64,000 bases of DNA, taken from NCBI GenBank assembly GCA_045599245.1, contig JAZRVP010000077.1, positions 17,691 through 81,690 on the forward strand, written 5' to 3'. The DNA comes from Myxococcota bacterium. GTDB taxonomy: Bacteria > Myxococcota_A > Bradymonadia > UBA4248. Each line of letters opens with the position of its first letter. Position 1 is the stretch's first letter. Below are positions 58,447 through 64,000 of this stretch, piece by piece. Made by a program: the position numbers and the translations under genes. The notes beneath the pieces are model-generated. The model saw only the letters and a program-made list of their open reading frames with translations. It did not search any database and was not told where the DNA came from.

Positions 58447-61400
58447 TCAGTTCACATCGGTACGACACGTCGGCGAACAGCCGTCACCATCCAGATTGTT
58501 GCCGTCATCGCACTGTTCATCATGCGTGACCACGCCGTCTCCGCAGTGCGGTCCTCGCTTGCAGGCCGTCGTGCATCCGTCGTACAGGTCGTCGTTGTTC
58601 TTGCTGCCATTATCGCATTCCTCGCCGGCTGATATGACGCCGTCACCGCAGGATGTATGACAGTCCGATTTGCCCGTGTTCAAAAATCCGTCCAGCGTGA
58701 GCTGATACGTCGAACCCGGCCAGCAGCGTTCAGCCTGGAAGAAATGAAGCTCATAAATGCCGTTTTCGTAGATGTCATAGCGCGGATCGCACTTGGTGTC
58801 GAGCGTTTCCCCGTCAAGGACACAAAGAGAGTTGCTGAGCGTGTTCTGATCGGAATTGCCTGACTGCATGCCGCCAAGATCGACAAACAGCGTCTTGTTG
58901 ATAAATGCCCAAACGTCGTCATTTCCGCTGAATTTAAGCGTTTCACCGCCTTTGTACTGGAAATAGGTATGAAGCGCCGAGGTGAAATTGCCTTCGCTTT
59001 CTGCTCTGGGCGATGCGGTGCCTGAATGATAGCCCTGGCCGGCGATGGGCCCCCAGTTGTCAGCAAAAAAGGTGTATCGATCGTGATCATTCGGATCCTG
59101 CGTCATTCTCAGCTTCGTGTTGATCTGGATATTGACGCCGGGGGCATAGCGATACCAGTAATGGAATGTTCCGGCACAGCTGACATGCGAGGTAATAGCG
59201 ACGCCTGTGTTTCGGATGGTGCAGTTTTTGGAAGCCCAGTTCGGTACGAGAACCATCTTGCCATCGGCATCCAGGTGGTTTTCAACCATGCCGCCGCACC
59301 CGGATCCGCCAAATGTGCATCCAAAATCAGGGAAGCCTTTGCGCGTTGAACCTGAAATTGAACTTGAAAACGTCGAACGGCTTGCGCAAGAGGCATCGAC
59401 CGCCAGAATATTGTTATATATGGAGCGAGTCATAAAGCCGCCCGTTCCTTCATTGGAGGCATTCCATGAGGCGGGTTCTCCGGCAGTCGTCGTCTGTGAC
59501 GGATTTCTGAAATCATAGTACGAAATGTCCAGATCGATGGTCGGTGCACTTGCCATGTCTCTGAAGTCCGTGCAGACATAGCCCTGTTCGATTTCGCATC
59601 GTTTGGAGCAGCCGTCACCGCCGATGAGATTGCCGTCGTCACAGGCTTCGGCCGGAACAAAACCGAATTCGCAATTGTAATGGTCTTTTAAATCTTTTTC
59701 TGTCGTATAGGGGGCATTTTTGTCTTTGTCCGCCTCTGTTTTGCAGATCGTTTTACCGGCACTGTCACGTCGTGGAATCATCCAAAGCGTAATGCCGTCG
59801 CCGCATTTCGGGCTGTAGGTTACGATGCCGTCTTCATCGATGAATTCTGTGAACATGAGTTCGCGTTTGCAGCTCGGTGAGCAGCCGTCATTCGGGCTCT
59901 TGTTGCCGTCATCGCATTCCTCGCCCACATCCCTGTAGCCGTCGCGGCAGCGACCTTTCTGGCATTGGTAGACGCCGGCGATGATGCCGCAGTGATAGCC
60001 TGTTTCGATACGGCACTGGTTGCATCCTGAACCCACGATGTTTCTCGAATTGCCCGATGCATCCACACCAAGATCGCACTCTTCCCAGATGTTGAAATCC
60101 GTTTCACGGTCAATGATGCCGTTGCCACACAAACCAACGGAGGGAACGCAGGCTCCGCCGGGATTCGTGGGACATTTGAAATTGGCTTCGACCTGACACT
60201 GCGCCGAACAGCCGTCGCCAGGTGACCGGTTGCCGTCATCACAGGTTTCTCCATTCTGAACGATACTGTCACCGCATACACCTTTGGCTGGATCGCAAAC
60301 AGTCAGGCCGTTTTTAGCTGTCGTGCAGCGAAAACCGGTTTCGAGTTCGCACTGCGCCGAACAGCCATCTCCCGATACACTGTTGCCGTCATCGCACATC
60401 TCGCCGTAGGCCATGATGCCGTCACTGCAACTCTTCGCTGTGCAACGGTTTCCTGCAGTTGCACATTCATAACCCGGATCAATTTTGCCGTGGGTGCAGC
60501 CGTCATTGTCGATCGAATTGCCGTCATCGCATTCTTCGTAGCCATCTGGATCCACAATGCCATTTCCATAAGCGATGAGCATACAGGCCACATTCTGACT
60601 CTCACATTCTGTACAGGCATTGACCATAACCGTTGAAAAGATGCCGTTTTCGTCCGGCACTTCCTTCCCGACCATGTGCTGGCATTTGTAGCCTTCTTCA
60701 ATCTGGCATTCTGCAGTGCAGCCGTCGCCGGAGATTCTGTTGCCGTCATCACAATTTTCACCTCTGTCGAGATAGCCGTCTCCGCATGACAGCGGCATGC
60801 ACCACAATCCGTTCGTGCAGTCAAAACCTTCTTCGACTTCGGTGCAGTTCAGACATCCTTCGTTGTCGTTGGCAGAGCCGATGTCACATATTTCATGATC
60901 AGGATCGAGCTCATCGTCGCCGCAATGCGGTCCCAGCGTGCACGAGGTTGTGCAGCCATTATAAAGATAGTCGTCATTCTCATCCCCGTTGTCGCATTCC
61001 TCACCAAAAGCCTCATCGACATGTCCGTCACCGCAATAATGCGCAAAATGGCATGTGTCGTCACAACGCGGTTTTCCATTCGCATCAACGCCATATTTGG
61101 CCGGATTATCGGAATCGCATTGCTCGCCATTATCGAGTTTTCCGTCACCGCATTTCATCGACTGGCAGGTCATCTTCCTGTCTTCATCGATCGAACACCA
61201 AATCTGACCTTCTTCGGAGACCCACATCTCCTTTCCGTCGGATGCACTCTTGCGTTCAAAATCGTCAAAACTCCATTTGCATTTTGATGTGCAGCCATCT
61301 TCATTATCATCATTGCCATCGTCGCACTTTTCCCCCTTATCGACGATGCCGTTGCCGCATACACTTTTATCGTTATCTTTTTTCTTGCCCTTGTCGCCTT

Positions 61401-61521
61401 GCTCATCATCGGATCCGCTCTTATGAACCTTGAGCTCTAGTTGCTGGGAATCATCGTTGCATCCCACATAGCAAAGCAAACTAGCGCAAATCCACAACAA
61501 TCCTAACTTTGACTTTCTCAT
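58447..61521 (-). CDS. DUF4215 (Myxococcus-type Cys-rich repeat) protein with C-terminal fibro-slime/PA14-like domain, probable lipoprotein
   Basis: Start re-assigned to MRKSKLGLLWICASLLCYVG|CNDD with an AGGAGG RBS. At least 14 repeats of 'CGDG(I/V)xxxGE(E)CDDGNxxxGDGCSxxC'. The C-terminal approximately 300 aa, 'YTFFADNWGPIAGQGY..GNDDVWAFINKTLFVDLGG..ELHFFQAERCWPGSTYQLTL', match the fibro-slime (PA14-like) consensus. Confidence 0.8.
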   Translation of the reverse strand: MRKSKLGLLWICASLLCYVGCNDDSQQLELKVHKSGSDDEQGDKGKKKDNDKSVCGNGIVDKGEKCDDGNDDNEDGCTSKCKWSFDDFERKSASDGKEMWVSEEGQIWCSIDEDRKMTCQSMKCGDGKLDNGEQCDSDNPAKYGVDANGKPRCDDTCHFAHYCGDGHVDEAFGEECDNGDENDDYLYNGCTTSCTLGPHCGDDELDPDHEICDIGSANDNEGCLNCTEVEEGFDCTNGLWCMPLSCGDGYLDRGENCDDGNRISGDGCTAECQIEEGYKCQHMVGKEVPDENGIFSTVMVNACTECESQNVACMLIAYGNGIVDPDGYEECDDGNSIDNDGCTHGKIDPGYECATAGNRCTAKSCSDGIMAYGEMCDDGNSVSGDGCSAQCELETGFRCTTAKNGLTVCDPAKGVCGDSIVQNGETCDDGNRSPGDGCSAQCQVEANFKCPTNPGGACVPSVGLCGNGIIDRETDFNIWEECDLGVDASGNSRNIVGSGCNQCRIETGYHCGIIAGVYQCQKGRCRDGYRDVGEECDDGNKSPNDGCSPSCKRELMFTEFIDEDGIVTYSPKCGDGITLWMIPRRDSAGKTICKTEADKDKNAPYTTEKDLKDHYNCEFGFVPAEACDDGNLIGGDGCSKRCEIEQGYVCTDFRDMASAPTIDLDISYYDFRNPSQTTTAGEPASWNASNEGTGGFMTRSIYNNILAVDASCASRSTFSSSISGSTRKGFPDFGCTFGGSGCGGMVENHLDADGKMVLVPNWASKNCTIRNTGVAITSHVSCAGTFHYWYRYAPGVNIQINTKLRMTQDPNDHDRYTFFADNWGPIAGQGYHSGTASPRAESEGNFTSALHTYFQYKGGETLKFSGNDDVWAFINKTLFVDLGGMQSGNSDQNTLSNSLCVLDGETLDTKCDPRYDIYENGIYELHFFQAERCWPGSTYQLTLDGFLNTGKSDCHTSCGDGVISAGEECDNGSKNNDDLYDGCTTACKRGPHCGDGVVTHDEQCDDGNNLDGDGCSPTCRTDVN

Positions 61522-61933
61522 CCAATCCTCCTGATGCCGCCTGTTCGACTTACACCGTTCAGGCGGCAAATCATTCTGCATTATGACTTCTGTCACATGC
61601 TTATCCTTCTTTGTGAGGCTATATAAAGCCATTACGTCAATGCTTCAATAGTTCAAGGATAAATATGCCAAATACTTGCGGAAAATGCGTGATGGCAGGA
61701 TATTTAATTTACCTAAATAACCTCCATCGGTTCTCCTCATTTTTAGCCAAAATATCGTTTTTATTCAGAGTATCCACCGAAATGGAACGTCTTATGAGGT
61801 GATGGAATACCCAAAAGCTTGCGTATCACGAAAGAAGCCACATGAATGAAGTCAACCATCCATGCGGCTGTGATTATAAGTTACTTATCTGAACGTGGGT
61901 TTAATCGGACCGTTACGGTTCGATGAAACAAAC

Positions 61934-64000
61934 TTATTTTGGAACGTAGATGGCAAATTTGTCGTTAAACTTGTACTGCTCCAAATAATTCAATTTGGGT
62001 TTGTCAAGCTGTGACAGGTTGAACACTCGATAATTGAAGCTGCCCCACCAGGTGCTGTTGACGGTTACAACCGATCCGGTACTTGTCGTCGTTTTAACCA
62101 TATCCGGTCTTGACGAACTTGAAATCTCTTTGGAAAGCGTAATCCATCCGTCAGGTCGATACTGATAACCGGGGGCAGCAACGATGAGTGTGCCGTTTGG
62201 AAGGTCAGATTTTGTAAAGATTTTTGTCGTCGCATAAGCAGATGTTTTTTCGTAGCTTCGGGTGATATATGTAGGAAATCTGTTGTTGTTAATTGTCCCT
62301 GTCCAGGAATAAGCCGTCGTCGGATTCCAGTAGCCGTCATTCAGGAGTTCAAGATCGAGCTTTTTATATTTAGAGGGATCATATCCTTTGTCTTTGAGAA
62401 CTTTATCCGTATTTACAGACTCCTTGGGAACAAAAATGGCCAATGCGGAGGACAGCGAATTCATCTCGCTGGCCGATAGTTCCGGACGTCCTTTTTTGGA
62501 GATATTAAATGCACGGTATTTAAAGTCTCCCCACCAACTGGTTGTAATGGGAACGATTTGTGTGGTCACCATGGCTGGACGGTCTGAACTTGAAACTGTT
62601 GTATTATACTCAGTCCAGGCTTCCGGACGATACTGATAACCGTCTTTGAGAACGATGACACTCCCAACGGGAAGTTCGTAACGGTTGAAAATTCGCGTTG
62701 CAGCGATTGAGTTCAGCAGCGACGTACTTGTGCCGCCTGTTTCGGCGCTTACGAGAATGGATGAACAGTTATTATCGATGTTTGTTATATTACAAATTGC
62801 CGCAGATGAACTTGAAGCATTGTAATAAGCATTTTTAATGACACCAAAAGGAAGCTCCTGATAATTATTCAGATTATATCCGGCATTGGTAAAGATTCTT
62901 TGAAGCTCGGTATTGGGCTTATACGTTGTTTCTGAAATGCCTTCAGTCGCCGGCGTGACGACAAATGGATTGCTGTAGGCATCGTTGACGGCTTTTTTTA
63001 TCGCTGCAATCATTCTATCCGTATAGAGCGGCTTATAGGCTGTTTCTAAATTTTTAGAGGCAACACCATTATGGTTGTACAGTGATGCCGTGGTGATGGA
63101 ACTGATATTTTCACCGGTAATCTGTTTGACCCACATCATGGCTAGTGCCAGTCTTCCCTGGCTCTTGGACAAATGATAACCGTCTCTGGTCAGATTGTCG
63201 CCAATAATGCTCGTCCTCAAATTCTGAATGGCCGTTCCGGCCGGAATGATTATGTTAATTTTGCTGTTGGTAAGGATCTGTTCTTTCGTCGTATTGACTG
63301 TGGTATTGTACATTTTAAGCTGATCTTTGCCATAATACACAAACTGTTTTCTGACGGATCCGGCTTGAAATGCCCATGGCATGTGCCAAATAATCTTTGC
63401 TTTGCTACTCTTTGCTTTTGCTTTGTCAATAATATAATTGATATCATTTTTACCTGTTCCGGAACTATCCAAAATATAGGAGCTAGCAATGCCGCCAAGA
63501 GGACTCGACTGCTGAACAGATATATAATCCCAACCATTATCCAGACCTTTTAATGTCTGGTTGCCGTAATATCCGGTTAAAACTTTATTATTAAATTTTC
63601 CCGTAAAATTGAATGCATCCGATGCTTTAAAGCTGTCAACAGTAATTAAACTGCCGCCATCCAGATTGGAATGAACCTGGAATGTATAATCATTTGTGTC
63701 TCCTTTAATAAAGGAAACATGCTCTGCAAGTGAACATCCACTGTAATATAGATTGGCAATGGTAATATCTTCATATCCAACAGCTGCCAGTACATCATAT
63801 AAATATGTCATGGCATCCTGAGAGAAGCTGTTTCCAATAGCTAATATGCTGATGGATTTTTTAGTGACAACGGGAATTTTAGTACATGGTGCACCAACGG
63901 TTGTACAAGTCCAACCGCTCTCGATTTGACATGAAGAAGAGCAACCGTCACCGTTTGCCGTGTTTCTGTCATCACAAGTTTCGCGTCCCGCCTTGATGCC
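61934..64000 (-). CDS. 5'-truncated (runs off window) secreted protein: DUF4215 Cys repeat, DUF4886-like SGNH-type domain(s) and 2 C-terminal beta-domains
   Basis: The frame is open from the window edge: ..CDDRNTANGDGCSSSCQIESGWTCT.. then 'KKSISILAIGNSFSQDAMTYLYDVLAAVGYEDITIANLYYSGCSLAEH' (DUF4886-like). Two C-terminal repeats ending 'WWG(D/S)F(K/N)YR(A/V)FN(I/L)S..(F/Y)VPK'. The track ATG at 63811 is internal. Confidence 0.7.
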   Translation of the reverse strand, partial: GIKAGRETCDDRNTANGDGCSSSCQIESGWTCTTVGAPCTKIPVVTKKSISILAIGNSFSQDAMTYLYDVLAAVGYEDITIANLYYSGCSLAEHVSFIKGDTNDYTFQVHSNLDGGSLITVDSFKASDAFNFTGKFNNKVLTGYYGNQTLKGLDNGWDYISVQQSSPLGGIASSYILDSSGTGKNDINYIIDKAKAKSSKAKIIWHMPWAFQAGSVRKQFVYYGKDQLKMYNTTVNTTKEQILTNSKINIIIPAGTAIQNLRTSIIGDNLTRDGYHLSKSQGRLALAMMWVKQITGENISSITTASLYNHNGVASKNLETAYKPLYTDRMIAAIKKAVNDAYSNPFVVTPATEGISETTYKPNTELQRIFTNAGYNLNNYQELPFGVIKNAYYNASSSSAAICNITNIDNNCSSILVSAETGGTSTSLLNSIAATRIFNRYELPVGSVIVLKDGYQYRPEAWTEYNTTVSSSDRPAMVTTQIVPITTSWWGDFKYRAFNISKKGRPELSASEMNSLSSALAIFVPKESVNTDKVLKDKGYDPSKYKKLDLELLNDGYWNPTTAYSWTGTINNNRFPTYITRSYEKTSAYATTKIFTKSDLPNGTLIVAAPGYQYRPDGWITLSKEISSSSRPDMVKTTTSTGSVVTVNSTWWGSFNYRVFNLSQLDKPKLNYLEQYKFNDKFAIYVPK

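Overview
Window content: this 64 kb window looks like a bacterial chromosomal region, about 47-50% GC by eye. Genes carry Shine-Dalgarno sites. I found no rRNA, tRNA, CRISPR array, transposase or integrase. A fibro-slime/PA14-like domain, a DUF4886-like domain and many lipoproteins with acidic residues right after the lipidated Cys tentatively point to Fibrobacterota or another FCB-group anaerobe. That placement is inference only. Roughly 28 kb of the 64 kb encodes giant (400-1957 aa) Cys-rich secreted proteins or lipoproteins: 1308-3983, 17914-21894, 22485-23627, 28479-32324, 46807-51513, 52000-57873, 58447-61521 and 61934->64000. A DsbA-like thiol-disulfide oxidoreductase sits among them. 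Other content: an anti-sigma-like gene followed by a MORN (YwqK-like) gene; an MBL-fold hydrolase lipoprotein; an aminotransferase followed by an orphan Cys-repeat gene fragment; a divergent signalling locus in which a secreted Y_phosphatase3-type phosphatase, an FGE-sulfatase/TPR/beta-barrel protein and the DsbA-like gene face a Mur ligase (MurC/Mpl) and a tail-anchored Ser/Thr kinase; an HD-domain protein; an M20 amidohydrolase; MutS2; a COG2509-like FAD oxidoreductase; MscS; a seven-gene translationally coupled Bat (aerotolerance-like) operon lacking moxR in the window (DUF58, TM protein, BatA, BatB, a large lipoprotein, BatD-like, BatE-like/SH3b); a divergent glycogen-synthase-like GT5 enzyme; DUF1266; and RdgB/HAM1. 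Non-coding observations: (i) a REP-like hairpin repeat family, roughly GCGTATTGSC-N3-5-GSCAATAGC, in tandem arrays at nine or more intergenic loci; (ii) a composite conserved non-coding element repeated upstream of several giant lipoprotein genes; (iii) a 924-bp gene-free region at 4062-4985 containing a nested GC-rich hairpin; (iv) in-frame tandem DNA repeats (15-114 nt units) inside five surface-protein genes and the kinase gene. I did not recognise a defence or mobile system. The best candidates for something undescribed are the conserved upstream non-coding element, the tandem giant paralogous lipoproteins and the extracytoplasmic phosphatase/FGE/DsbA locus. All domain calls rest on motif recognition by eye and should be checked with HMM searches. 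A few coordinates may be off by one; the printed sequence and the ORF track disagree by 1 nt around position 4060.
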